Positions 39,362 to 53,722 of a DNA stretch of 64,000 nt are shown here, one piece after another. Numbering within the stretch: the first letter of the stretch is position 1; each line of letters begins with the position of its first letter. The notes beneath the pieces were generated by a model. The model was not told the DNA's origin. It was given only the letters and a program-made list of their open reading frames with translations, and did not search any database. The stretch comes from Octopus sinensis. Lineage: Eukaryota. A program made the translations under genes and the position numbers. The stretch spans positions 117,180,001-117,244,000 of the forward strand of contig NC_043003.1 of NCBI RefSeq assembly GCF_006345805.1, written 5' to 3'.

Positions 39362-39417
39362 TTATAGACGACTCGTTTCTGGATTAGAACCGAAGGTTCA
39401 TTTCCTTGTCAATATAA
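39362..39417 (-). ncRNA. Hammerhead-like motif, U3-A8 core, extended stem II
   Basis: TTATA-TTGACAA-GGA aat GAACC ttc GGTTC taa TCC-a-GAA-ACGA g TCGT-C-TATAA. Confidence 0.65.
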
Positions 39418-39586
39418 TATTTCCTATAGATCTAGAAATGCTAGGGGAAAAAAAAAACTTACCCGTTACACCAGTACGATCTGCAACATCGGACGGCTTA
39501 ACGGAACTGCTAGCATTCGTACATCTATGCCGACATGCGAATTCGTATTTCCCTCCAAAATCTACCACGTGAGCCACAAGTTTGCT

Positions 39587-39637
<51 letters not shown>

Positions 39638-39658
39638 TATATATAGATTATATATATA

Positions 39659-39745
<87 letters not shown>

Positions 39746-39749
39746 CTAT

Positions 39750-39877
<128 letters not shown>

Positions 39878-40108
39878 GTATAGTGTTTTATACAGCACCA
39901 GGAGAGAAGACAAAAAGACAAGATAACCTAGGGTCAGGTTTTGGGTACTATTTCCAGCGTGGCGGTATCTCTTAGATACTCTAAATTATAATTTTGATAA
40001 TAATTATTACCTCTGAAGGTTTTTATTCCCGTGCTGGCCACTTGATAAGATCGATATTTAAATTAACGATCTTATCCTTATTTATATAAATATAAATATA
40101 TATATATA

Positions 40109-40332
40109 TACTCTTTACACTTTATTCTTTTACTTGTTTCAGTCATTTGACTGCGGCCATGCTGGAGCACCGTCTTTAGTCGAGCAAATCGACCCCGGGC
40201 CTTATTCTTTGTATGCCCAGTACTTATTCTATCGGTCTCTTTTTGCCGAACCGCTAAGTGACGGGGGCGTAAACATACCAGCATCGGTTGTCAAGCAATG
40301 CTAGGTGGACAAACACAGACACACAAACATAT

Positions 40333-40377
<45 letters not shown>

Positions 40378-40542
40378 TACGACAGGCTTCTTTCAGTTTC
40401 CGTCTACCAAATCCACTCACAAGGCATCGGTCGGCCCGAGGCTATAGCAGAAGGCACTTGCCCAAGATGTCACGCAGTGGGACTGAACCCGGAACCATGT
40501 GGTTGGTAAGCTAGCTACTTACCACACAGCCACTCCTGCGCC
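40109..40542 (-). mobile_element. SINE family A
   Basis: Full-length match. Confidence 0.9.
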
Positions 40543-40600
40543 ATATATATATGTGTATATATATATTATATATTTTTAAATAAAACGAGACAACAAAACC

Positions 40601-41537
40601 AAGGCTGTGTGGAATTTGTGTATCCATATCCGTAAGCATACAGGTACATAAGTATGCAGGCCTATATAGTAGTGCATATACACGTCTATATGTATGTGTG
40701 TGCGTGCGTGTGCATGTCTATATACACATCTTTCTTTCTCTCTCTGAGTCATAAGCCCCCACCCACTATCACTTTAGGTCGTACAATAAATACCTACGTC
40801 CATTTTTATAAACTTAACCATTATGTCTTATTATTTTCCCTTTCATTTTGAGGTTTACCAATCACCTTACTACACCCAGCAGTACCAGTTTTTTATCTAT
40901 CTCCCCATTTTAGTGCTTTTCATACATATTCCTTTCTTATATTCTTATTTCTTCCTTTTATATGTCCCCCAATTCCTTTTATCCTCTCCTATCCCCCACG
41001 ATATCTTGAACACCATTTGGCACTCCTTTTTTTCATGTTTTCTTCCTCTTTCTTCTTTCCTTCCCTATTTCTTTTGACTAATGCCATTCTCCTCCTAACA
41101 TACATATATATGCTCTCCTCTCTTTCTACTTACCCCTACCAGCACATTCTCCAAATTTCATTCACACCACAAAACCCTTTGAATCAACAGCACTTGGAAT
41201 TTATGTATACACAATATCTACTTGTAATAACAAAATATGAACTCCCATCGAAATCTACATACCATGAGCAAGAAGCATTTCTACCCATTCTACACAGCAA
41301 CGTACTTGCAACTGTAACATCCTATATATATTTTTACTTTTATTTTTATTCTCTTATTTCCCTTTATACTTTTTATTTCCATCCTTTTCGAAAATAATTC
41401 CTTATATTGAACTCTACAATTTCCCTCTACTTAATATTCTCATATCGTCTCCGAAGAAGAGATATCCCTAATGTCCCAGAAACAGCTGAAAAACTACCAT
41501 TCTCTTTATAAATGTCCTTTAAATTCCACACAGCCTT
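40601..41537 (+). mobile_element. Possible PLE 3' remnant with 17-bp terminal inverted repeat and a degenerate hammerhead
   Basis: AAGGCTGTGTGGAATTT (40601) / AAATTCCACACAGCCTT (41521); CCGAAGA..GAAACAGCTG at ~41450-41490. Confidence 0.35.
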
Positions 41538-41943
41538 ACTCTTTTTACTTGTTTCAGTCATTTGACTGCGTCCATGCTGGAGCACCACCTTTAGTCGAGA
41601 AAATCTACCCCGGGACTTATTCTTTGTAAGCCTAGTACTTATTCTATAGGTCTCTTTTGCCGAACCGCTAAGTTACGGGGACGTAAACACACCAAGCATC
41701 GGTTGTCAAACGATGTTGGAGGAAAACAAACACAGACACACAAACATATACACACACATGCATATATATATACATATATACGACGGGCTTCTTTCAGTTT
41801 CCGTCTACCAAATCCACTCACAAGGCTTTGGTCGGCCCGAGGCTACAGTAAAAGACACTTGCCCAAGGTGCCACGCAGTGGGTCTGAACCCGGAACCACG
41901 TGGTTGGTAAACAAGCTGCTTACCACTCAGCCACTCATGCGCC
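41537..41943 (-). mobile_element. SINE family A
   Basis: Full-length match. Confidence 0.9.
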
Positions 41944-42062
41944 TTGGTTTTGTTCTCTCTTTTTATTCAACATATACAGTTGAAATTTGTAAAAAAAAAA
42001 GACGAAGCCAGGTTTATGAATATGAAGTATGTGTATTAGTTTGAAGATTGGGAATATGAAAA

Positions 42063-42098
42063 GATCTACGTTTCGAGCGTCGGCTCTTCAGCAGAAAG
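42063..42098 (-). ncRNA. Minimal hammerhead-like motif in a short PLE-type tail
   Basis: CTTT-CTGCTGA-A-GAGC cgac GCTC-GAA-ACGT-A; stem I partly broken. Confidence 0.45.
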
Positions 42099-42162
42099 GA
42101 ATAAGAGAAAATAATCAGAGGGAGAATAAAGAGAACCTGTAGATTTCAGCGGTCCAATATAT

Positions 42163-42210
<48 letters not shown>

Positions 42211-42230
42211 TATATATTATATATATAAGT

Positions 42231-42283
<53 letters not shown>

Positions 42284-42368
42284 AGATAGATAGATATAGA
42301 TATAGATATATATACATATTTTATATATGTATGTAACTATATGTATATATATATATTATGTATACATA

Positions 42369-42399
<31 letters not shown>

Positions 42400-42413
42400 G
42401 CATACTGTATATA

Positions 42414-42462
<49 letters not shown>

Positions 42463-42525
42463 GTAATTTGATATATGTATATATATATGTATATATGTAT
42501 ATATATATATGCATATATGTATACA

Positions 42526-42573
<48 letters not shown>

Positions 42574-43467
42574 TATATTTAAACATACATATACAAGCGC
42601 GCGTTTCCATCTAGCAAATCCACTCGCCGTGCTTTAGCCGATCCGTGGCTATAGAAGAAGACACTTGCCCAAGGTGTCACGCGATGGGACCGAACGAGAG
42701 CCATGAGGTTGGGGAACAATCTTCTTATCGAACAGGTAATTCAGTCTTATTATGTGTGTATGCATTTTGTATGGACGCAAATTAGTAAAAAACAATATTA
42801 CTTCATCAAACTGCGATATCTCATTATCATCAGCGAAATTACTCGATGATTCAGCAGGTAACAATTGTTAGAGTTCTTTCTTTGTGTGAATGAAACAAAC
42901 CAAAATGGAGTAAGTGTTAAATAAAACACAGAGAATTCATCTCACCAGCCGCTGTTGAATTAAAAACAGTTACACGCTAATTTACATCATATATTGCTTC
43001 GTGCTTTGTTGATTTGTTAAGAATCAAGCAAGGATGCATACGTCTACTTCAACGAGAAATTATACTGTCTTCGGAATTCTTTACATAAGGAATATAAGCT
43101 CAGGTTCTTAAGTATAGGCGTTGAACTACCTATTAGATAGACGCACTAAAATCTATGCAGTAATTATTTTAGTTCACCTAAGGAAGAGTTTTAATCACTG
43201 GAAATGGACAAAGACTACACGTCAAGTCGAATATAAATTCTTAATTAAGCAAGCAGAAAGAACAGACATCAATATATACAACACAGGAAAATGCGGAATA
43301 TTGGCCATATATGGGTGTAGATGTTTTTAGATATATATGTACATGTGTTTGTGTGCTGATATACACAGATACACAAATACAGGCGAGCGCACACACACAC
43401 ACACATATTTATATATTCACGCACACGGGAATATGTGCGTGTGTATGTACATGTCTCTCTTTACGCT

Positions 43468-43692
43468 TTACTCTTTTACTTGTTTCAGTCATTTGACTGC
43501 GGCCATGCTGGAGCACCGCCTTTAGTCGAGCAAATCGACCCCGGGACTTATTCTTTGTAAGCCCAGTACTTATTCTATCGGTCTATTTTGCTGAACCGCT
43601 AAGTGACGGGAACGTAAAAACACCAGCATCGGTTGTCAAGCAATGCTAGGGGGACAAACACAGACACACAACACATATACAGACACACACAT

Positions 43693-43745
<53 letters not shown>

Positions 43746-43926
43746 AATATATATATATATATACGACAGGCTTCTTTCAGTTTCCGTCTACCAAATCCAC
43801 TCACAAGGCTTTGGTCGGCCCGGGGCTATAGCAGAAGACACTTGCCGAAGATGCCACGCAGTGGGACTGAACCCGGAACCATTTGGTTGGTTAGCAAGCT
43901 ACTTACCACACAGCCACTCCTGCGCC
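43468..43926 (-). mobile_element. SINE family A
   Basis: Full-length match. Confidence 0.9.
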
Positions 43927-44276
43927 TATGTCTGCGTAGCTGTGGGTTTGTATGTATGTGTATGTATGTATGCATAAGCGTATGCATACGTAATTGAGAG
44001 TTATCTTTGTCTCTAACAATCTCTCAGTGTTTCTCTCTTTCTCTTATCTTTCAAACAGCGGTAAAATCTGATGAATTGCTTGTGGAGCATTGTCTGGTGC
44101 ACCACTGTCATTAATCAAATATTTTAAAGACGGGTGCGGTGAGAACCTCATTGAACATACCTCGCGTGTGTGGAGGGGGGTTTCACCTACGAACACATAT
44201 TTGTTGGGTTTCTTTTGATAATATATACATAATACATACATATGTGCATACATATATACATACATACATATATATC

Positions 44277-44316
<40 letters not shown>

Positions 44317-45452
44317 TGTGTGTGTGGTTGTATATTTTTATATAGCAATGCTTTGTATGAAAGTGATTAGTCGATTATTATCGTTTTAACATACTTTTGT
44401 GATGTTTATTTTGAAATTCTGTGAAGTATAAAAATCAAAGGTTACCCGGTGAGATTTGAACGCAGACATACAAAGATATATGAATCAAATATCGAATTAG
44501 AATCTAAAAACAAAAAAAATAATGAGAGTCATTGTCCACTCACTGACAAAATACTCATCTATTCTAAAGTATTGTTTTACAAACATCGTTAGATAATTCC
44601 TCTCTCGTACTGCTTCGCACTTAGACTGAGCCATTTGAGAATTGAAATGAGAAATTTTGTCTCGAATATCATTTTAATATTGATAGCAGGTGACTTATTG
44701 CTAACACGAAAGTATGTGATAATCTAATGTTCTATCACTGTTGAGTACCCCAAGGAGAATTTTCCTTTTCGTCTGATAATATTTAATTTGGTGGTGTGTG
44801 TATAATAATGCAATTTTTAAACAAAATAACGTCCCGCATTTTCTTTTAAAATCTGCTTTATTATTTTCATATGAAAGAAATATTTCATATGAAATTAGCT
44901 GGCAAGAATGTGATTATAAAATAAACTTTCAGAAATACGTCGCGTTATAATGTGGCGCTAAATAATTAAATTTCATTTTTTTAAATTATGCATTCTTAAT
45001 TACATTTCTCTTGTCTTCCTTGTTCCTATCACGGCAGTTTTCAAGGCAGCGTCGTCGCGCCTCACATCCAGAGTGAAATAGCAACCAATTTTCCCTCAGA
45101 TTTTATCATACTCTCTGCGAAGAGAAAGGGAACAATTGCATAAGATGTCCCGCTGATCGTAAAATGACGGGAATGCCACGGCTGGAATGGTTTTCGTCCC
45201 AGGTTTGCTCCATCAGGGCTTACCTATATCTAAACAATCATTTATACTAAATTTTATTCCATTTTCCTGTTATTACTCAAGAGTGGTTGTGTGGTAAGTT
45301 GCTTGCTTACCAACCACAAGGTTCCGGGTTCAGTCCCACTGCGTGGCACCTTGAGCAAATGTCTTCTACTATAATCTCGGACCGCCCAAAGCCTTGCCAG
45401 TGGATTTGGTAGACGGAAACTGAAAGAAGCCCGATATATAGATAGCCAGATA

Positions 45453-46667
45453 CAGGGGTTGTACAAAATAATGGAAACACATAACATCATAATTTAGAAA
45501 TATCTATAAAGCCATCAAAAGCTTGTTTATTTTTATGCTTAATATGTTTTGCTAAAATTGCTGTTTCTTTTCAGATATCATCAGAAAAAAGTAATTAACA
45601 TTCATTAAATTGACTTTCACAGAGGTCAAATTGTTGGTGCTCGTATGGCAGGCGCTAGCGTAACAAAAACAGCCGAAATGTTTGGTGTATCAAGAAGTAT
45701 TCTCTCGAAAGTAATGACAGCCTTTGAGAAAGAGGGGAAATTCTCCTCGTCGAAACAAAACTCCGGAAGAAAACCAAAACTTTCAGATAGGGACCATCGG
45801 ACTCTTACGCGAACTGTTAGAAAGCATCACAAAAGTACAGCTCCCAAAATTACTGCAGAAATTAATGACTACCTCGAGAACTCAGTTTCCACAAAAACTT
45901 TACGCCGGGTGCTGCACAAAGCTGGATTTCACGGGAGGGCTGTAAACAGAAAACCACAATTTCTAAAACAAACGTTGCAAAGCGTTTAGAGTGGAGTAAA
46001 ATCCTACAGAATTGGTCTCTAGAGCAATGGAAGAATGTTATTTTCTCGGACGAGTGATCTTTTACCTTATTTCCGACCACCGGCCGAGTATACATGTGGA
46101 GACAGCCAGAAGAAGAAGTTGACCCAGACTGCTTTCTTCCAACTGTTAAACATGGTGGGAGATCTGTAATGATCTGGGGGTGGAAATCCGCCGGCCCAAT
46201 GGTTTCCCTTCATGGCAGAACTAATAGTCAAGACTATTTAATCATTTTATCTTATCAAATTCATCCTATGTTTGCGGAACTGTATCCGGAGGGAAAGGCA
46301 ACCTTTCAGGATAATAATGCACCAATTCACACAGGTAAAGTTGTTACTTAATGGCACGAGGAACATTCTAGTGAAGTTGAACGTCTTATCTAGCCACCAC
46401 AGTCCCCAGATCTCAATATTATTGAAAATTTATGGTACATTTTAGAAAAACAAGGAGTTGATATCCTCCACCATCATCACTACAAGGACTGGAGACGGTT
46501 TTAGCTGAAGAATGGACAAAAAGTTCTTTGGAAGCAATTCAAAGTTTGTACGAGTCGTTATCTCGTAGAATTCAAGCTGTAATTTCTGCCAAAGGCGGTT
46601 CTAATCCATATTAAAATGAGTTTTTAAAAATTTTTTAAGGTGTTTCCATTATTTTGTACAACCCCTG
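45453..46667 (+). mobile_element. Full-length 1215-bp Tc1-type DNA transposon (inactive)
   Basis: Perfect 28-bp TIRs CAGGGGTTGTACAAAATAATGGAAACAC; TA TSD. Confidence 0.95.
45612..46614 (+). pseudogene. Tc1-type transposase pseudogene, probable DD36E spacing
   Basis: DFHRGQIVGARMAG HTH, SGRKPKL, FSDE, PTVKHGG, FQDNNAPIH, PQSPDLNIIENLW; several stops and a frameshift. Confidence 0.92.
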
Positions 46668-47234
46668 TATATATATGTTTGTCTGTCTTTGTTTGTCCCA
46701 GCTCCATCGCTTGACAACAGATGTTGGTGTGTTTACGTCCCTGTAACTTAGCAGTTCGGTAAAAGAGACCGATAGAATGAATACTTGGCTTACAAAGAAT
46801 AAGTCCTGGGGTCGATTTTTTCGACTAAACGCAGTGCTCCAGCATGGTCGCACTCAAATGACTGAAACAATTAAAAGAATGAAAGAATAGGCTTTTCCAC
46901 GACTGTCAGGGATCCTAAGGAGAAACAGATGCTGAAAGATCAAAATAACATTTCTTCCATCACCTGTATATAAATTAGAAATAAGACTTGTGCTATAATT
47001 TAAGTTGCAACACCCCCTCCCCTAATAAAGGTGCTGACATCTGACGGCTTTTAAACATAAAAGATATCAAGTCCTAGACATTACTGTATGGCGTCCTAAC
47101 ACTCCAAAGGCCGCTTACCCGCCTTCCTCTGAAGGAGACGTCAGTCCATCGCAGGCTTACACCTTCACAGTTGAGTGAACTGAGGCAACCTGAAATGAAA
47201 ACACAACTTACTGCCTGCTGCGGGTTTCGAAACA

Positions 47235-48130
47235 TTTATATACGAGATTTGTACTCATACAGAGATTCATCCAAGGACATTTTGATTTTTCCCAGTATGA
47301 GCATTTATCGTATTTATTTGTATATATGGCAGTCCTGACTCCATTTACCGGCGTTGTTACTGTGTTAGCTGTATCATAAGTATTTCTACTACTACAATTT
47401 GGTCGTAATTGGTGTTTATCGTTGTGATTTACATCTCCTTGGTTAGTATTTAGAGGCAAATGTTCGCTAGATTCAGTAGGTGGGTTACTGAAACTTTGCC
47501 GTATTTTACTATTGTTTATGCAATACATAAGCTACTCCAAATTAGCAGTGTTGGCGTAGGATACCTTCACCGTGTGCCGATTAAAAGTAGTGTGATACCG
47601 ATTAGATTTAGGAAAACATTTGTCCAAAGGAGCAAAAAATTTTTGCTGCGATATTGAAACATGCGAACCGAAAACCGGGTTGAACGAGAGGACATCCTGA
47701 TTCTTATATCTGTTGTTAGGCTTATTTGATCGCGTTTGTTGTACAGGATTGGAATAAGCAGTTGGATTATTATTATTATTATTATTATGTCAATGAGTTT
47801 TCGTTGTTAGTTCATTCATATGACCAATTCTTCCTGACCTGTAATTTTATCTGAGTGAGTTCTCAATCCGTGACATTGTGGTGGTATACAATGTGTATTA
47901 CAGTTGGAGGAATTACCAGCGTTATGTATGCCTGCTTCTTGTATATATAATATGTTTTCACGGTACCCAGCCCTGGATAGAGCAGCATTATAATAATTTG
48001 AGTGTGATTCGAAAATTATATTATTAGCGGATAATCTAGAGATTCTTGTAGAAATATTCTTAAGTAGTTGCCGTATAATCGAGTGTCGCTGGTTGGATGC
48101 TAAGACAATGTACTTAATATGATCATTTGT
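47235..48130 (-). mobile_element. Decayed Penelope-like element, second type (RT thumb/linker to Cys linker)
   Basis: KTNDHIKY..SNQRHSII..ISTRISRLS..YYNAALSRAGY; LSFNPVF..LDKCFPKSNRYHTTFNRHTVKVSYA; KCPWMNLCMSTNLVYKC. Confidence 0.8.
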
Positions 48131-48132
48131 CT

Positions 48133-48163
<31 letters not shown>

Positions 48164-48175
48164 GTTTGGATTAAC

Positions 48176-48208
<33 letters not shown>

Positions 48209-48211
<3 letters not shown>

Positions 48212-48395
48212 GAGGCTCCGGCAGAGGGTGGTGACGATCCCTGCTGTACTCTTTCGCCACAACTTTCTCTCACTCTTTCTTCTGTTGGCCTGCTCGCTTA
48301 GCCAGCAGGGTGGCGTCATTTAAAGGCTAAAACAATGCGAAGCGCATTGTGACCAGCGATGTGTAGCAACATCTGATAGCCTGGTTGGTCACGGA
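48209..48395 (+). mobile_element. 5'-truncated SINE family D with a different tail
   Basis: gaggctccggcag..gctgtactctttcgccacaactttctctcactc, then unique 3' sequence. Confidence 0.7.
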
Positions 48396-48397
48396 AA

Positions 48398-48442
<45 letters not shown>

Positions 48443-48941
48443 TATATTATATTTGTATATAGATTACTTTCAGTACTTGGAGAACTTCGAGTTGAAGAGG
48501 CTGTAGAGTTTGGTGGATCACCTACACCAATACCGCTGTCATGCTGGTCTTCTGCTTTGTTATATCTCATGTCTGTGGAACTGTGCATAGCATCAGTGAT
48601 GGAGATGTTGAATAGGTTTGTTCCAAGTATTTACAGGTGGAACCGCCACAGTGGTCGCAGCAGGTAGGGAGCTGGTCTGCTGGTGTGTGAAATTTGTTTT
48701 GTTTTTAATTTTAATATTTTAATAATTCTGAAATTTGTTTTTTTTATTTTAATATTTCTATAATATGTAATTTTCTAGATGGTGTAATTTAATTGTTCAT
48801 TTTGAATTGATAAAAGGTGTTTCTTTTTTCTAATTTACATATATATATACGTATATATATGTTTGTATATAGAAAAATATATATATGTATATATATATAT
48901 ACATATATATATATAAATATATATATGTACATATATAGACT

Positions 48942-48974
<33 letters not shown>

Positions 48975-49064
48975 CACTATATTTTTACATATATATATTG
49001 TGTGATTGTGTATCTACCTATATATGTATATATATACATATATATACGTATATTATATATGTGT

Positions 49065-49112
<48 letters not shown>

Positions 49113-49248
49113 TATATACATATATATATGTACAAATATAGTGATATATATCTGTATATATTATATAATATATATATATAGTATTTCTACAATTATATAG
49201 ATATTATATACAATTATATAGAAATTGTTATACAGATATATTACATTT

Positions 49249-49279
<31 letters not shown>

Positions 49280-50089
49280 GACAGACAGACAGACAGAGAC
49301 AGACAGAGACAGAGACCGAGAGAGACAGAAATATACATATACAGATATATATAAACTATATATATATATATATATATATATATGCATGTATGCTAGTGTG
49401 CAGTGTTCTAAGTATAGGTATGCATATATTTATGTATATGTATACTTGTGTGTATATCAATATGTATACATGTAATCTATGCATTCGTATATATATTCGT
49501 GAATTTATATATATGGATCTATATACATATGTTCGTGTGTGTGTCTGTATGTGCGTGCGTGTGCGTGTATGTATGTGTATTTCCATAAAACCGCTTATAA
49601 AATTTTACTGGTAAAAAATACCTCTGATTCTCTAGACATTTTAAGTTTTCTTTTTTAATGCATTGCATCTCTAAACTGAAGCTGTTATCCTTGCACACGT
49701 TGCATTCATTTAAATAAAGCTATGAACGTCACGAATCGTGAATAAAAAACTAATACTTATATAATCATTTAAGTTGATAAATAAGATTTATTTTTTCCAT
49801 TTTTTGTGACGCAACAGAAAAACAAAACTTCTTTCTTTAAACTTAAATCTATCGTGAGTAAAAAGGAAATGAAAATTTGAAACAGTAGTAAAACTTTCTG
49901 TAGCCTAGGCGCAGGCGTAGCCGTGTGGTAAGAAGCTTGCTTCCGGTATAGCGTTTATCAGTTGGATTGTTGGTTTTGTTTGGTGCACACGTGATTTTTG
50001 TTGCCCTGGCGATGCAATGTCTTCCCTCTGGATTAATGGAGGGGTGTCGTGTGATTAGATGCGACGATTTGAAGTATTCTTCGTCAAAA

Positions 50090-50950
50090 TTTCTGTCGTC
50101 TGAAGAAGAATCGGTGAAATGTTTGAACAAGATTGACGCAGCAATAGAAATAAGGAATTGCGCTGCAGCGGCAAAGGGGAAAGTTGAAGACATAAGTCTG
50201 GAAGAGCTGAGCAAGTTCAAAGAAATACTTAAAAGGGAGGGGAACAACGTGAAAGTGTCCCCGACAAAGAAGTGTTAAATGATAAGGAAGAGAGAATGTT
50301 TGTTTACGCGGTGGCAACAAAAAAAATAAAAGTGGTGTCGGAGACACAAGTTGAAAAGGTGTTAAGACCAGTCTGGCAAGAGATATCCAACTTACCAGGA
50401 GAAGAAAGTACGGAACGATGGAAATGCAGTTTCGGGAGATAACTACCACCAGACTGCACTCAGCCACACCATTCAAAACCGAAGAAGTGGTGCTTCTACC
50501 CGTATACCTTGGGAGACGTGCTTCCAGGGTTAGGATAGAAGACATAGCACCAGAAGTAAATGTAGTCCGGCTGGTTGCTGCCATACTGCTAGGCATGGAA
50601 GAAAAGGTAATGGTCCTGCAGGCCAACCAGAACACCCTACAAAAACGTGACGCAGAAAGTCAGAATTGGAAGGGAGGATTCCGCGGTGCTATAGTATGGA
50701 AGATGCATGTAAAAGATATAGTGACGGATGCCTTCGTCTCCGGCCAGGGGTTGGTTAATTTCTTTAGTTACCACCTCGATAGCAAGATCAGGCTGACGAA
50801 GAGAAACCTGTCACAGGATATGTTCGCTAGAAGATGGAACCAAGTAGTGAACAAGCTGCGAGAGACTGGAACCAGGTAAGTGGGTCCAGACAGAAAAGTA
50901 ATGGTTCGAACTTGGCGGACGGATGCCTTTCCTCCAGTCACACATTGTAA
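50090..50950 (+). pseudogene. Frameshifted LINE ORF1-like (L1/Tx1-type) remnant
   Basis: Joined frames give a long plausible peptide (KIDAAIEIRNC..VYAVATKK..LLPVYLGRRASRVRIED..) with a degenerate knuckle-like FFSYHLDSKIR; the clade is inference. Confidence 0.4.
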
Positions 50951-51907
50951 AATTTGCAATGATCATCAAGGTTATATAGAAATTTTTAAAAGGAAACAAA
51001 AAGATTTTTTTTTAACAGCATGCCATTTATATTTTATCATTCGAAATTGTTTCATTCGTAATAAGCAACTTCTTCACCCGCTATGTTTGTCTGCCCTTGT
51101 TTGTCCCATCTACGTACGGCTTCCATATTTAAGGGTTTTCTTATAATATCCAGCATTATTTTTTAATGCTTTTTTTTTTATCATGAGCAGAAAACATTGA
51201 AGTCAATATGGAAATATTTCTAACTGAATTATTCGTAACTGAATATGGATGCTTTTATATTCCGTGTCTACAATGTAAATGTTCAGTTGGTTTACGGTAT
51301 TAGTTACATTTATTAGAGTTTAGGTTTGACGTTAAGTCTAAGAAACAAGTGGTTTTACTCCAACTTCGAACCTGATGGATAAATTGAAATTTGGGATGAT
51401 TTCTAACTCTTTCTAAATCAGGAAAATAATTGTAAATTATTACAAGAGCATCATCTGATACAGACCTCCCACTAAGAGGAAATTTGGATAGAGATTATCA
51501 GTAGGAATCCGTAGAAGCTCTGTCATTGGGGCCGAATCCGTTGAACTTATTGTTATGACTAGCCAATTTACTTCTAAACTTCCAACTCAAACAAATTAAT
51601 GCTCTCCTTGTATAATATATATAAGTATTATACTAATTTCATTATTAATAATACAACCTATATTCACGTTTTTCTTTACGAAAATTTAGGTCGAATTTAA
51701 CAAGACTGAGGATGGTAAACCATAATATTTGATAATATCCACTATATTGGAGATGTTTATGCATTCATACATACAAACGTTTATATACACACTGAAATAA
51801 AAACGTGCACATATATACATACATGCATGCATACGCACACACACACATGCACGCACACACACACACCACACCACACACACACACACACCACACCATATAT
51901 ATATATA

Positions 51908-52093
51908 TACTCGATATGTGGTGATTTTTCTTATGATATATGACTCATATTGATAACAATCTAGCCTATCCCAATTTAAATAATACAGTTATAACGCCAT
52001 ATTGGAAATAGGGATGGAATGTTAATCTGAACAAAAATAGGTGGTAAAGTATACCACAGCATGGCACACAACTATAGTGATATATACATACAT

Positions 52094-52144
<51 letters not shown>

Positions 52145-52328
52145 CTCGATATGTGGTGATTTTTCTTATGATGTATGACTCATATTGATAACAATCTAGC
52201 CTATCCCAATTTAAATAATACAGTTATAACGCCATATTGGAAATAGGGATGGAATGTTAATCTGAACAAAAATAGGTGGTAAAGTATACCACAGCATGGC
52301 ACACAACTATAGTGATATATACATACAT

Positions 52329-52363
<35 letters not shown>

Positions 52364-52375
52364 CATACACATACA
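51908..52375. repeat. Near-identical tandem duplication, period 235 bp
   Basis: tactcgatatgtgg at 51908 and 52143, bounded by (AT)/(AC) tracts. Confidence 0.9.
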
Positions 52376-53236
52376 CACACGCATATATATATATATATAT
52401 ATATAATACACACACATGCATACACACATTCGTACTGAATAAAGGAGTCAATACTGGATGTTGAGCCAAACCGTATGCGTGGGAATGTGTATATATGTGG
52501 ATTTATTGTGTGTTTGCAGATGATTTGCGGGTAACTATGTAGAGTTATGTGTCAGAGCGGCCCAGAACCTAAGCTCCATGTAATTTCTGCGCTGACATGT
52601 GTTTAAGTGCATTATCATGTGAAGTTTAAACTGACATAATCTAAAAATCTTGATTAAAATTCAGCCTCACCCTCTCTTCTTACTCTCTCTCTCTCTCTCT
52701 CTCTTTCCTTCACTGTCCTTTATCTCCACCGTCCCCTTAGCCTTCACCTTCCGCTTCGTCACCACCGCATCTACAATTAACGCAAAGAGACCCATGATGT
52801 ATAGTCTTTTTTTTGGTATTTTTATAATGATTTTTTTTCTTGATGTTTAATTTCATTCTCTGAATTTTGTACTTTCGTTGTTGCTTTTTGGTATGACAGA
52901 GATGGTGGAGGCATTCACATTGAACCCCAACCCCGCGCCCCACCGCCAAAACAAAAATACAAGAAAACAAAAGAGAAAAAACTGTAGGGTTGGTTGCTAA
53001 TTGAAATTCAATAGTGAATCTATTAAAGTGCCAACATTCTATTCGCAACCGAGAACGCCGCCCAACAATCGCCACCCAGACACAGAAAAACTCTGATTAA
53101 TCATTTTAAGTTCTTCCTGGCAAGTGTTGACAGAAATGGTTAATGTTAAGAAAGGAAATACTTTCTTTCCCAAGTGAGAGCAACTTAACACGCCTGCTAT
53201 AGGCCTTCTCTGACTCGCTATCACTCTTCTTGCTAC

Positions 53237-53278
<42 letters not shown>

Positions 53279-53687
53279 TATATATATATATATTTATAGA
53301 TAATATATATATATATATGAATCATCTATAATGTGTCTTTACGTGTTTATATATCCAATATATCTATTATAATTTTCGTATATAATAAATACGCATATGT
53401 ATACACAAAACACATATATATGATCTCATATATATATATATTATATATATAATATATATAAATATATAATATATATATACATATTATATATATTATATGT
53501 ATACATATGCATATATATAACATTCTTCTTTCCCTCATTACCTCTCTATGTTACAAGAAAGTTTAATTACATTAAACGGTCAGCTTGGCGTGGCGCCGTC
53601 CGATGAAATTTTACAAAGATTAACGCAAAATCCATATCTGGCGTAATTTCTCTTCTCTTCCGTGTGTCTCTGTGTGTGTACTTGTGC

Positions 53688-53722
<35 letters not shown>

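Larger units (their letters stand above)
45279..46889 (+). mobile_element. SINE family A split by a Tc1 insertion in its internal TA-rich tract
   Basis: Head at 45279-45440, 3' half at 46668-46889. Confidence 0.88.

Noticed and set aside
48460-48690. 55-64-codon open frames on both strands (e.g. DQHDSGIGVGD)
   Set aside because: No recognisable domain and no consistent splice-site pair.
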